Assembly: GCA_964035575.1 (NCBI GenBank)
Contig: OZ037837.1
Span: forward strand, 1,426,001-1,490,000
Reading direction: 5' to 3'
DNA from: Rhynchopus sp. YZ270_cl-10
Taxonomy: Eukaryota
Length of the DNA: 64,000 bases
Numbering within the stretch: position 1 is the first letter of the stretch; each line of letters begins with the position of its first letter. Under the pieces are notes generated by a model. The model ran no database searches and had not been told where the DNA came from. It worked only from the letters and a program-made list of their open reading frames with translations. This document shows, piece by piece, positions 23,289-34,592 of this stretch. A program made the position numbers and the translations under genes.

Positions 23289-24688
23289 GGGATAAGGACA
23301 GTCTGGCCCACTACGTTTGACTTTTGGACAGTATGGGCCCAACATGTTTCGATAAAGACAGTTCAGCCCCAAACGTTTGCAAAAAAGACAGTTCAGACCC
23401 AAAACGTTTGCGAAAAAGACAGTTCAGACCCAGGCAGCGGTAGGGAGTACCCCCCGCTGAATCTGGCACTGGGTGCCCAGGCACCCAGATACGCAGGTAC
23501 ACACGTACACGTACCCCAATTGCCAGAGTCGACGCAACAAAAAAGTCCAAAAGACTTTGTTGGTGGCCTTACTCATTTGGATCACAACAATTTTGGCCCA
23601 GGCACGCTCTTGAAGTATGACAATTTAGTGTGTATGGGGCAGGTGTTGTTTTGTTCTGAATTCTCTTTGGTATAACATCTATCTAGCATCAAAATTGTGG
23701 AAAACTTTGCACCCCAAACCTCAACAACGCCCGCCAAAAGGCGCCCCTTGTTTCTGGGAGTTGGTTCTCATGTTTGATACACTGCACAGCGGGCATTCCT
23801 CTGAGTCCAACGCATGTTGGCCTGTCTGCGGCGTTGTACTTAAGGTGCACGAAGACAGGGTCTGGTGGTAAATTTTGCGTAGTACTGCGACGTGGTACTG
23901 CGTGGGTCTGGGAATATGGGTACCTGGGTACAGGATATTTGTTGTCAAAGACATCTTCCACCATGCATTGAGGAGGGTAAGACAGTGGTCGCAGTTTGTA
24001 CTTGATAGCATTACAACATTTAACTTCTCCACGGGGGTCTTGGGCCGTTCACTCGGTTCTACCTTGACTAGCGGAAGAGGCCTTTTTGGTCTCTAGAATA
24101 TCCGGTCTTCCCGAACGGAGGCACACTTTGTGTGTTACTACGACCTGGCAACTTCTAGCAGTAGGTTAAGTAATCTTTCTTGTAAATTGTTTGATCATTA
24201 TCTCCTCAGTGCATGAATGCCCCACGTGACTGGACACTTTTGTGTTTGTCATGTGGAGCTGTGGTTGCTCTTTCACGACTTTTTTCCTTGTACACCAGTG
24301 TACCGTGTCCCTGGGTACCTGGGTCGCATGGGTACGTACCGGTAAATGTGACCAAATACCTGGTCATGACCAGGTGGTCGGACCAGGTATACCTGGTCAG
24401 ACCTCTGACCAGCGCACGGTGATAGCCGTGCCCAAGGCCCACTCAGGGGTGGCATTTTTGGGCTCAGGTGGGTGCAGCTGCCTGGGTCTGAACTGTCTTT
24501 TTTGCAAACGTTTTGGGTCTGAACTGTCTTTTTTACAAACGTTTTGGGTCTGAACTGTCTTTTTTACAAACGTTTTGGGTCTGAACTGTCTTTTTTGCAA
24601 ACGTTTGGGGCTGAACTGTCTTTATCGAAACATGTTGGGCCCATACTGTCCAAAAGTCAAACGTAGTGGGCCAGACTGTCCTTATCCC
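23289..24688. mobile_element. Non-autonomous MULE-like element (long TIRs with ~31-bp subrepeats, 9-bp TSD)
   Basis: gggataaggacagtctggcccactacg... / ...cgtagtgggccagactgtccttatccc; TSD ttgcatcaa at 23280-23288 and 24689-24697. Confidence 0.9.
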
Positions 24689-24766
24689 TTGCATCAAACA
24701 CCACTCACAAGCAGCGAAACCATACACAACACACAAAGCTTCTACACACCTTACCCACAGCCCCTG

Positions 24767-25864
24767 ATGGACATCACAGGACACTTCGAGTCTGCAAGCT
24801 GTGTGGTAGAAGTGCACGGAGACGACACCCTTGCTGATGTGAAAGGGAAGCTTCTTGCGGAGCTTGGCGTGCCACGTACTCGACGTGTTGGTGTGCGGAT
24901 GAGAGGCGGTGGCGACATCGGCGACGACAAGTTGCGCATCTGCGACACGGAGATGGATGAGGGATGTGCCGTTGAGTTGTACTGCACTGGTGCCAGCATC
25001 GCCCCTGGGGTGATACCACGCTCGGAGGACGTTTACGACCTCAGACTCTCGCCGTGCAATGGGTACCTTGCGGTGTCGTCTGTCCACGACAGTGTCTCGA
25101 TATTCGACACAGAAACGCAAGAAGAGCTGTGTTCGATCTCTGCAGTGGCGACATCGCAAGCGTTCTCACCGTGCAGTGAGTGGATCACGTCGATCAACGG
25201 GAACACACACTGCGTTGAGGTGCATTGCACTGCGACAGGTGTCCTGCAGCATACCTTTGGCGAAGACACGGCAGATGGGAGGGAGACCACCGCATGGTCG
25301 TCCTGTGGAGCAAAGGTGCTGTCGAGCTGCGAAGGCCTGGAGGTGTGGGACATTGCGACAGGCGACGTGCATGAGTACGACCTTGGGGAATGCAAGAAGG
25401 ACGTCGTGATCAACGTTGTGGGCGACAAGGTCGCGGTGTTTGGAAGCGGCTGCGAGCACATTTCCATCTGGGATTACATGACAGGGGAAAAGGTGCTTGT
25501 ACTTACAGCGGTTGCGGACGTTGACTATGTTGCTGTGACACCAGATCAGCGTTTCATTGCAGCATGTGCGGACACCTGTGTGCAGGTCTGGAACATCGAA
25601 ACGGGAGAGTGTGTGTTCAAGGATGTGTCAGAGAACAACTACTGGTCTGACGTTGCTGTGTGCAACGACGCTGTTGCTGCGTGCACTTCAAAGACGTTGA
25701 GGGTGTGGTCGATCGCGTCGTCGGAACTGCTGTGGCAGCGTGCGTTCGACGGGGACAAGAAGTACACCACAAACTACGGGGTTGCGATCAGCAGCTGCGG
25801 GGATGTGGTGATGTACGGAGGGACAGGGGGTGTTCATGTTGCAGACATCTCAGACCTGTTGTGA
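24767..25864 (+). CDS. Family C copy 1: N-terminal UBL plus WD40 beta-propeller
   Basis: MDITGHF...EVHGDDTLADVKGKL beta-grasp pattern; repeated SP...V(W/F)D blades (LEVWDI, ISIWDY, VQVWNI). Confidence 0.8.
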   Translation: MDITGHFESASCVVEVHGDDTLADVKGKLLAELGVPRTRRVGVRMRGGGDIGDDKLRICDTEMDEGCAVELYCTGASIAPGVIPRSEDVYDLRLSPCNGYLAVSSVHDSVSIFDTETQEELCSISAVATSQAFSPCSEWITSINGNTHCVEVHCTATGVLQHTFGEDTADGRETTAWSSCGAKVLSSCEGLEVWDIATGDVHEYDLGECKKDVVINVVGDKVAVFGSGCEHISIWDYMTGEKVLVLTAVADVDYVAVTPDQRFIAACADTCVQVWNIETGECVFKDVSENNYWSDVAVCNDAVAACTSKTLRVWSIASSELLWQRAFDGDKKYTTNYGVAISSCGDVVMYGGTGGVHVADISDLL

Positions 25865-26773
25865 AACCCATTTCAGCAAACCAATGAGAACGCCATAGAA
25901 GGTCGAGGTGGGTGTCCCCTCTGCTCTCTAACCAACTGAGTGGGACAAAGGGCACCTCGACTGTCCTGTCTTTTTTTTGTGAGCAGAAAACCAAAACGGA
26001 AATGAAGCTTGCGAAATGAGAGTGGAGGTTTTTTCGTATTGTTTTATTCTCCCCATTACCACCACTTCGCAGAAAAATCTTTTTTTTCATTCGCGAGTTT
26101 GTTTTGCGTCTTCCACAATTTACAAACATTTTTTTTCACTTGTGATACAGTTTCCATGGATAGACATGAAAAGGGGCAGCGCACAGGTGGTTCCGTGTCT
26201 TGTTTTTCCACAGAACCGACACGTGTGGCGTGTCTCCCAAACAATAAAAAAGAAAATGAACAAAAAAGGTTGAAAGCAAAAAGGAAGAACAAAACAATGT
26301 GGTTTACAAAAGGGGACTATAAATATATACTTGTTGCCGGGCTCTCTCCCATTTTTTCTATGTCACCATTTTCGGAAGAAAATGGTCGGATTGAACGTTT
26401 GGTTGAAAGTAAGTTCCTTTTTTTGTGTTTCCCCACCCCGGCAAACAAAGAAAACAATAAAAATGCTCGAGAGACTCGTTACTCTTTGCTTGTTGCTGAA
26501 AAGGCTGAAAACGAGATATATCAAAAAGCTTTCCTTAGTTTCGACAGCGAAACGTTTCCATGTATTGCAGGGTGGTTCCGTGCATATCATAGAACCCGGC
26601 ACTTTGTGTGTCTTCCAAAAACCAAAAGCGATGTGTGTGAAGTTTTGAAGAAGGAAAATAATAAAACCTACATTCTCGAGCTTTTCTACTGACGTGATTT
26701 TCATTGGACGCATCCCAATGATACATGAAGACCCTGCTTCTCCCACCGCCCCCTCTCAGACAGTGACCACACA

Positions 26774-27970
26774 ATGGAGATATGGTTTGAATGCACAACA
26801 TCTGGACAACGCTGTGCTGCAGAGGTGGGGGAGGGTTGCAGTGCTGCAGATCTGCAGGAGCGTGCTGTTGCGGTGTTGTACCCACAGAGCGTGGTGTCGG
26901 CCGAGGCAGTGGGGCTGTGTGTGGATGGTGCTGATGGTGAGGTGCTGGCACCGGAGGTTCTGATTGCCCACACCGCACTGTGTGCAGGCGGGACTGTCCA
27001 TGTGAGCAGACGGAAGCAGGACAGCAGTGGTGTGTGGGTGCCGCGGCGCTATGCTATGAATGAAGCCAGCGAAGACGTATGCGAGGACACACTCGTAGTG
27101 GCTGGCCTAGACGCCATCAACCTCGTCACCACCAAGGTCACACCTCTCCCCCCCGTACTCGGAATTCAAATTGTCCCAAATGTGTGCAAGATGGTTCTCA
27201 TGCCACACCACATCGTCTACTGTAGTTCACAGAGCAATGCCGTGTGCTTCAAACGACGTGACAGCGGTGCAGAGGTTGTGGTACGTATGGCATGCAGGGT
27301 TGAGAGGCTTGTGGCCATGCGGGTCACCGAGACGGTGCTGATTGGGCGCATTGAGCACATCGTACAGTACTCCTGCGAGGGGGTGAAGATGCGTACCATT
27401 GATCACTCTGAGTATTCCTTGGGGTACCCCTTTGCAGTGTCACCCTGCGAGACCCTGTTGTTGAGCAACGGATACCCGACCGTTGTGGTGTTCCGTCTGG
27501 ACACCCCTGAGCTGAGTGTGGTGCACCGTGTGGAAACAGGGATGGGTGTGTCGTTCTTTTTGCAGCCATCGTTTTCGCCCGACGCAAGCCTCGCAGTGTT
27601 GAGCTGTGGCGACAACCACACCGTCCGCACCATTGACATCGTCTCAGGGCAGGCCCTCTGCACACTTCCCGATGCAGCAGACCCTTTTCATGCTGCCTGT
27701 TTCAGTGCGTGCTCGCGATACCTCTTCACGTTGTTTGGCGAGAGTGTGCAGCAGTGGGACGCACGCAGTGGAGCATACATGGGACGCATCGATGCCCACC
27801 ACGCGCGGTCTGTGCATGCATCGACAGACGGGAGCAGGCTGGTCCTAGTCGGAAGCGCAATCTCGGTGCTCGACATTGCTGCCTTCAACATGCAGGTGTC
27901 AGAGGAGGATGCCTTGCAACATGGTCCCCCAGCCGAGGAGTCACGTCGCAGTAGGTGTGTGTGTTCGTGA
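26774..27970 (+). CDS. Family B copy 1: UBL, beta-propeller, C-terminal CVCS
   Basis: MEIWFECTTSGQRCAAEV...LCAGGTVHV UBL-like; FAVSP/FSPD/FSAC/QQWD blades; ends RRSRCVCS. Confidence 0.8.
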   Translation: MEIWFECTTSGQRCAAEVGEGCSAADLQERAVAVLYPQSVVSAEAVGLCVDGADGEVLAPEVLIAHTALCAGGTVHVSRRKQDSSGVWVPRRYAMNEASEDVCEDTLVVAGLDAINLVTTKVTPLPPVLGIQIVPNVCKMVLMPHHIVYCSSQSNAVCFKRRDSGAEVVVRMACRVERLVAMRVTETVLIGRIEHIVQYSCEGVKMRTIDHSEYSLGYPFAVSPCETLLLSNGYPTVVVFRLDTPELSVVHRVETGMGVSFFLQPSFSPDASLAVLSCGDNHTVRTIDIVSGQALCTLPDAADPFHAACFSACSRYLFTLFGESVQQWDARSGAYMGRIDAHHARSVHASTDGSRLVLVGSAISVLDIAAFNMQVSEEDALQHGPPAEESRRSRCVCS

Positions 27971-28658
27971 AGGGGAGGGTGCGGCGATATTGCTTGTGAA
28001 CAGACGTGGTACGAATGTGTTGCTGTCCCTCTTAAACATGCAAAGCAAAGGCTTCAATGAGGCTGCTTACCCAACCAAAGGATGTTGCAGCCATCCTATC
28101 TTCTCTCATGGGTATTGCAGCAGCACGGTGCCTCTTTGTTTCGGTCGGGTGTGCACAACATGCACACTCATCTTTCATTCACAGTAAGTGACACACCAAG
28201 ATGGGTACTTCTGGTGAATAAGATTGCCAACTCAAGAAGAAAGAATAGAAAACAAAAACAAGATCCCACCCCTAAAACATTTCGACCTGAAACACCCCCT
28301 CCCCATGTTTTCTTGGATCACTGCAGATGGTGTGTAGATGTGTTTCATTTGCAAAGATGTGAGAGTTGTGCATGGGAAACATTCAAAAATGTAACAATCG
28401 TTTTTGTATCAACAGCACTGCGCACGTTAACACCGCACAGCGTAGAAAACTACACAATACCGAGCAGTATCCACCCGCCTGCCAACGCTGCCCATGACAG
28501 TCGTCTAGCGTCTGCAGGTGAGGAGGCTGTCCTCTAAACCCGCAAAGAAGATATGTGTGAAGAAGCGGCAAACGAGAACACCGTTTTTCTGCTTGCCAAT
28601 GTGCTGTTCCTTACCCCACACACAACACCAAGAAAGAGAGACACAATCAAAATATAAA

Positions 28659-29534
28659 ATGGAACTGACGGTTCGTACCTTTGGCAAGAGGCAGTATGCG
28701 ATTGAGGTGGGTGAGGATGACACAACGGAGAAGTTGCGGGAGAAGGTGGCGTCTGCAACGGGGTTGTGCGGAGACGACTTTCATATGATGTTTGGAGGGG
28801 AGGACGTGGAGGACATCACGCAGCTGAGTGCTGGAGACACAGTTGTGCTGACGGAGGCGAAGGCGAAGAAGTACGAAGCCATTGCAGCACTTCACGCATT
28901 GGGTGAGAGAGACATCACAGCACGGAGGTTGCAGGTGGTGACGGATGCGGAGGTGGCCACCTTGCTGCTGCAGGCAGAAGTTACGACTGTGATTCCAGGC
29001 TACTTCTTCGCAAACAGCTCAGTCACGTCCATTGATTTCAGCAACGTATCTGTTGTGGATGCGATTCGTAACAGATTCCTCTGTCACTGCACTTCTTTGA
29101 CCGCAGTTAACCTGAGTGGCTTGTCTGCACTCACCAGAATTGAGGATTATTTCCTAACTTCGTGTCCAACTTTGACGACAGTGAATCTCACTGGCTTGCG
29201 TGCAGTCACGTCAATTGGTGAACGTTTTATGTATGACTGCCCAGCTTTGACAACAGTGGACCTCAGCAGCTTACGGTCAGTCACCACTATTGGGCAGTGG
29301 TGTCTAGCTTACTGCACAGCACTCACGGCAGTTGACCTGAGCGGTTTATCTGCACTCACTAGGATTGAGGATGAATTCCTATCTTGGTGTTCAGATTTGA
29401 CTACAGTGAATCTCACTGGCTTGCCTGCAGTCACCACAATTGGTGCAGGTTTTCTGTATGAGTCGTCCCTGCCTACTGTAGTTCAAAGGCTTCTGCCTTC
29501 ATTGAGTACAGACCTGAACCCTCCCACCTGTTGA
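28659..29534 (+). CDS. UBL plus BspA-type LRR protein (family A relative lacking B-boxes)
   Basis: MELTVRTFGKRQYAIEVGEDDTTEKLREKVA UBL; same AIAALxALGE linker as family A; LxxVNLSGLxAxTxIxxxFLxxC repeats. Confidence 0.85.
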   Translation: MELTVRTFGKRQYAIEVGEDDTTEKLREKVASATGLCGDDFHMMFGGEDVEDITQLSAGDTVVLTEAKAKKYEAIAALHALGERDITARRLQVVTDAEVATLLLQAEVTTVIPGYFFANSSVTSIDFSNVSVVDAIRNRFLCHCTSLTAVNLSGLSALTRIEDYFLTSCPTLTTVNLTGLRAVTSIGERFMYDCPALTTVDLSSLRSVTTIGQWCLAYCTALTAVDLSGLSALTRIEDEFLSWCSDLTTVNLTGLPAVTTIGAGFLYESSLPTVVQRLLPSLSTDLNPPTC

Positions 29535-30599
29535 GGATACTCGGCGTTTGTCACAACTAAATTGTGTGATCTGGGGTGAGGAAGCGTTCCAACTTTTCTA
29601 CCCAATTTACCTTTCGCGCTTTTTTTACCCTCCCCCGTTTTAGAAGCAACAGAGAGTGTACGTTAAGATTTTGGTCGGGCAAGGTGTTGACGGGAAAATT
29701 CCCCATAAATTTAGCGAGTGATCGAGGGCGGACAGGTGGGTTAATTTGCCTTTAGGGCTGCGCATTGCTCCCATGTGGCGAGGTTGGTGTATGTATAAGC
29801 GCATGCGACCACAAAGATCTTTACACGACTGTGTTGTTGACTGTCGGTTTGTTTTATTGCATATTGCTTTCCCTTTTATGAGGTGACCAAGCACAGAGAG
29901 GCTTAGGTTCATCTCAACTCTTCTCTGTGTTACCCTTTCCCCTAAACATGCAAAGCAAAGGCTTCGGTGAGGCTGCTTACCCAACCAAAGGATGTTGCAG
30001 CCATCCTATCTTCTCTCATGGGTCTTGCAGCAGCACGGTGCCTCTTTGTTTCGGTCGGGTGTGCACAACATGCACACATCTTTCATTTACAGTAAGTCAC
30101 CCACCAAGATGGGTACTTCTGGTGAATAAGATTTCCAACACAAGAAATAAAATTGAAACCGTACTCCTACTTTTTCTTTTTATGTTGTTCCCCCACCCCC
30201 GCAAACAATGAAGCAATAAAAACAATAAAGACAAAAGGGAGAGGTTGTGGTGAAACGCACACACCTCGACCTGTCGGTGAAATGTGGCTCTACTCCAACC
30301 CGCCCCGGATTAGAAAAATGGAGAAAGGAATGGGAGTAGGGGTACGGTGTTCAATTTCCTTTTAGCATTGCATGTAATCATAAAAGAAAACAAAAACAAG
30401 AACCCACCCCATAAACCATTTCGACATCACACACCCCCTCCCTATGTGTTCTTGGATCACTGCAGAAGGTGTGTAGCTGGGAGGTGCACATTCATCTTAC
30501 AAAAGCGACCTTTGTTCCATTCACTGAAACATCCCCCATCCACTCAGCACACCGACACCCTGCTTCTCCCACCGCCCCCTCTCAGACAGTGACCACACA

Positions 30600-31847
30600 A
30601 TGGAGATATGGTTTGAATGCACAACATCTGGACAACGCTGTGCTGCAGAGGTGGGGGAGGGTTGCAGTGCTGCAGATCTGCAGGAGCGTGCTGTTGCGGT
30701 GTTGTACCCACAGAGCGTGGTGTCGGCCGAGGCAGTGGGGCTGTGTGTGGATGGTGCTGATGGTGAGGTGCTGGCACCGGAGGTTCTGATTGCCCACACC
30801 GCACTGTGTGCAGGTGGGACTGTCTATATGAGCAGAAGGAAGCAGGACAGCAGTGGTGTGTGGGTGCCGCAGCGCTATACTGTGCGATCCATATCAAGAT
30901 TCGCAGACGTATGTGAGGGCACACTCGTGTTGGGTGGCCTAGACGCCGTCAGCATCAACCTCGTCACCACCAAGGTCACACCTCTGCTTCATATAGAAGC
31001 TTTTGCACAAGAAGGTTTGGGCAAGGTGATCAAGGTGGTTCTCATGCCACACCACATGGTATACTGCAGTTTACAGAGCGATACTGTGTACTTTAGACTG
31101 CGGGACAGCGGTGCAGAGGTTGTGGTACGTATGGCATGCAGGGTTGAGAGGCTTGTGGCCATGCGGGTCACCGAGGCGGTGCTGATTGGGACGAATGGGC
31201 ACATCGTACAGTACTCCTGCGAGGGGGTGAAGATGCGTACCATTGATCACTCTGAGTATTCCTTGGGGTACCCCTTTGCAGTGTCACCCTGCGAGACCCT
31301 GTTGTTGAGCAACGGATACCCGACCGTTATGGTGTTCCGTCTGGACACCCCTGAGCTGAGTGTGGTGCACCGTGTGGACACAGGACAGTCCCAGTCGCTC
31401 TGTTTGCGGCCGTTGTTTTCGCCCGACGCAAGCCTCGCAGTGTTGAGCTGTGGCAACAACCACACCGTGCGCACCATTGACATCGTCTCCGGGCAGGCCC
31501 TCTGCACACTGCCCAGTGAAGACCTTATATGTGGTGCCTGTTTCAGTGCGTGCTCGCGATACCTCTTCACGGCCTCTACCAGGAGTGTGCAGCAGTGGGA
31601 CGCACGCAGTGGAGCTCCCATGGGACGCATCGACGCTGAACACGCGCGGTCTGTGCATGCCTCGACAGACGGGAGCAGGCTGGTCGTTGTCGGAAGAGTC
31701 ATCTCGGTACTTGACATTGCTGCCTTCAACATGCAGGTGTCAGAGGAGGACGCCCTGCAACATGGTCCACCTCGTCCCCTTCCCATTCCCAGTCCCAAAC
31801 GAACTGTTGTGGCAACGGAGTCACGCTGCAGGTGTGTGTGTTCGTGA
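30600..31847 (+). CDS. Family B copy 2
   Basis: Paralog of 26774-27970; ends RCRCVCS. Confidence 0.8.
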   Translation: MEIWFECTTSGQRCAAEVGEGCSAADLQERAVAVLYPQSVVSAEAVGLCVDGADGEVLAPEVLIAHTALCAGGTVYMSRRKQDSSGVWVPQRYTVRSISRFADVCEGTLVLGGLDAVSINLVTTKVTPLLHIEAFAQEGLGKVIKVVLMPHHMVYCSLQSDTVYFRLRDSGAEVVVRMACRVERLVAMRVTEAVLIGTNGHIVQYSCEGVKMRTIDHSEYSLGYPFAVSPCETLLLSNGYPTVMVFRLDTPELSVVHRVDTGQSQSLCLRPLFSPDASLAVLSCGNNHTVRTIDIVSGQALCTLPSEDLICGACFSACSRYLFTASTRSVQQWDARSGAPMGRIDAEHARSVHASTDGSRLVVVGRVISVLDIAAFNMQVSEEDALQHGPPRPLPIPSPKRTVVATESRCRCVCS

Positions 31848-32109
31848 AGGGGAAGGTGTCGGCATTGGTAGAGGGAGCATGGGCTGACTGCGTGACTCAC
31901 TCTGCTGCATACGACGCTCCTCAAGGGGCGAACGAAAAAAGCAGATGGCAGAGGCACAGGTGCGGGCAGAGACGAGACGGAAGGAGGTGGACAACTAACA
32001 CAGGACAGTGGGGAAAACTATATCATCTGAAGATCATACGAAGAAACCGTTTCCCACGACTTGTTTTTCTAAAATGAGGAAAGGTCTACTGTTGAACGAA
32101 TGGAAAGTA

Positions 32110-32502
32110 CCGTGATCGTAAAAATTCTGGGAAGTAAAAATGTCCCAAGTTTCAGATTTTCCCCCAATTGTCCCAGTTTTGTTACGTCCCAGAATTGTTC
32201 GGGCGGTTTTCCGGGTACTTGTCAATTCTTTGGGGGTGTGGGTAGTGGGGTGCGGCTGGTTGGCGGAGGGATCATAACCGGCCCAAGTATGTATATTTTT
32301 TTGTTTGTTGGACATGTTTGGGTTTGCACCGAAGTGCATGGGTGAGGGAGGGGGGAAGGTCACACAGACAACTCTGGGACGTAAATATTCTGGGACGTAA
32401 AAATGTCCCAAGTTTAAAAAAGTCCAAAATGTCCCAGTTTTATTACGTCCCAGAATATTTACGTCCCAAAAATTTTATGTCCCAGAATTTTTACGATTAC
32501 GG
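32110..32502. mobile_element. MITE with TA TSD (Tc1/mariner-pogo-like)
   Basis: ta|ccgtgatcgtaaaaattctggga...tcccagaatttttacgattacgg|ta; paralogous empty sites at ~34620 and ~48935 have a single TA. Confidence 0.9.
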
Positions 32503-33134
32503 TATATGAAATTGAGAATAGCTTTCCTTCAATAGTACTTCTCTCGTCATATCCTGAAGTCAGTTTCTAATATTCTTCTAGAACGTTTTGCACAAGAAAG
32601 CTGTACCCACTGTAGTTCAAAGATCTCCAGTGGAGATAGTCGAGACCTCGAAAAAAATATTTTGGAAATCTCGAAATTACATTTCACATTTTGTCGAGAC
32701 TCGAAAACACCCAAAACCACATCTCGCTCTGCACAAAGATCATCATACCACTGTGTGTATCGGTTTGTGTTGTTGCATCTTGCTTTCCCTTTTATGAGGT
32801 GACGAAGCACAGAGAGGCTTAGGTTCATCTCAACTCTTCTCCGTGTTACCCCTTCTCTTAAACATGCAAAGCAAAGGCTTCGGTGAGGCTGCTTACCCAA
32901 CCAAAGGATGTTGCAGCCATCCTATCTTCTCTCATGAGTCTGAAAAATAAAACAAAAACAAGATCCCACCCCATAAACCATTTCGACATCACACAACCCC
33001 TCCCTATGTAGCTAGGAGGTGCACATTCATCTTCCAAAAGCGACCTTTGTTCCATTCACTCAAACATCCCCCATCCACTCAGCACACCGACACCCTGCTT
33101 CTCCCACCGCCCCCTCTCAGACAGTGACCACACA

Positions 33135-34592
33135 ATGGAGATATGGTTTGAATGCACAACATCTGGACAACGCTGTGCTGCAGAGGTGGGGGAGGGTTGC
33201 AGTGCTGCAGATCTGCAGGAGCGTGCTGTTGCGGTGTTGTACCCACAGAGCGTGGTGTCGGCCGAGGCAGTGGGGCTGTGTGTGGATGGTGCTGATGGTG
33301 AGGTGCTGGCACCGGAGGTTCTGATTGCCCGCACCGCACTGTGTGCAGGCGGGACTGTCTACGTACGCAAGCAGGACAGCAGTGGTGTGTGGGTGCCGCG
33401 GCGCTATGCTATGAATGATATACAATATTCTGTGCAAGTCTCCTTCGGAGACGTATGCGAGGACACACTCGTGTTGGGTGGCGAACACGCCGTCAGCATC
33501 AACCTCGTCACCACCGAGGTCACACCTCTCCCTCCAGTCGGCTCAATTATGTCCAAAGTGGTTCTCATGCCACACCACATCGTCTACAGCAGTGCGCGGA
33601 GCAATGCTGTGTACTTTAGACCACGGGACAGCGGTGCAGAGGTTGTGGTACGTATGGCAGGCACAGTTGAGAGGCTTGTGGCCATGCGGGTCACCGAGAC
33701 GGTGCTGATTGGGACCAGTGAGCACATCGTACAGTACTCCTGTGAGGGGGTGAAGATGCGTACCATTGATCAGTGTGGGTGTTCATTTGCAGTGTCACCC
33801 TGCGAGACCCTGTTGTTGAGCAACCACCCTGCTGTTGTGGTGTACCGTCTGAACACCCCTGAGCTGCGTGAGGTGCACCGTGTGGACACAGGGATGGGTG
33901 TGTCGTTCTTTTTGCAGCCATCGTTTTCGCCCGACTCAAGCCTCGCAGTGTTGAGCTGTGGCGACAACCACACCGTGCGCACCATTGACATCGTCTCAGG
34001 GCGGGCCCTCTGCACACTGCCCACTGGAGAGCACGAGATACGTGGTGCCTGTTTCAGTGCATGCTCGCGATACCTCTTCACGGTTACTCTCAAGAAGGTG
34101 CAGCAGTGGGACGCACGCAGTGGAGCCCCCATGGGTTGCACCCAGGTCAATTTCGCGTGGTCTGTGCATGCCTCGACAGACGGGCGCAGGCTGGTCGTTG
34201 TCGGAAGCGCAATCTCGGTGCTCGACATTGCTGCCATCAACATGCAGGTGTCAGAGCAGGACGCCCTGCAACATGGTCCACCTCGTCCCCTTCTCATTCC
34301 CAGAACCAAACGAAGTGTTGCGTCAAGGGAGTCACGGTGCAGGTGTGTGTTCGTGAAGGGGAAGGTGTCGGCATTGGTAGAGGGAGCATGGGCTGACTGC
34401 AAGGTGACTCACTCTGCTGCATACGACGCTCCTCAAGGGGCGAACGAAAAAAGCAGATGGCAGAGGCACAGGTGCGGGCAGAGACGAGACGGAAGGAGGT
34501 GGACAACTAACACAGGACAGTGGGGAAAGCTATATCATCTTGCAGGCGGAAAACGAAGAAACCGTTTCCCACGACTTGTTTTTCTAAAATGA
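33135..34592 (+). CDS. Family B copy 3, with a 2-bp deletion that removes the CVCS terminus and extends the ORF
   Basis: agg tgt gtg ttc gtg at ~34341, versus agg tgt gtg tgt tcg tga in the other copies. Confidence 0.75.
   Translation: MEIWFECTTSGQRCAAEVGEGCSAADLQERAVAVLYPQSVVSAEAVGLCVDGADGEVLAPEVLIARTALCAGGTVYVRKQDSSGVWVPRRYAMNDIQYSVQVSFGDVCEDTLVLGGEHAVSINLVTTEVTPLPPVGSIMSKVVLMPHHIVYSSARSNAVYFRPRDSGAEVVVRMAGTVERLVAMRVTETVLIGTSEHIVQYSCEGVKMRTIDQCGCSFAVSPCETLLLSNHPAVVVYRLNTPELREVHRVDTGMGVSFFLQPSFSPDSSLAVLSCGDNHTVRTIDIVSGRALCTLPTGEHEIRGACFSACSRYLFTVTLKKVQQWDARSGAPMGCTQVNFAWSVHASTDGRRLVVVGSAISVLDIAAINMQVSEQDALQHGPPRPLLIPRTKRSVASRESRCRCVFVKGKVSALVEGAWADCKVTHSAAYDAPQGANEKSRWQRHRCGQRRDGRRWTTNTGQWGKLYHLAGGKRRNRFPRLVFLK

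Noticed and set aside
24480..24630. 31-bp repeats as a CRISPR array
   Set aside because: No unique spacers; they are subterminal repeats of a MULE-like TIR in eukaryotic DNA.
26009..26692. 227-aa ORF
   Set aside because: AT-rich, overlaps dispersed repeat modules, no protein-like features.
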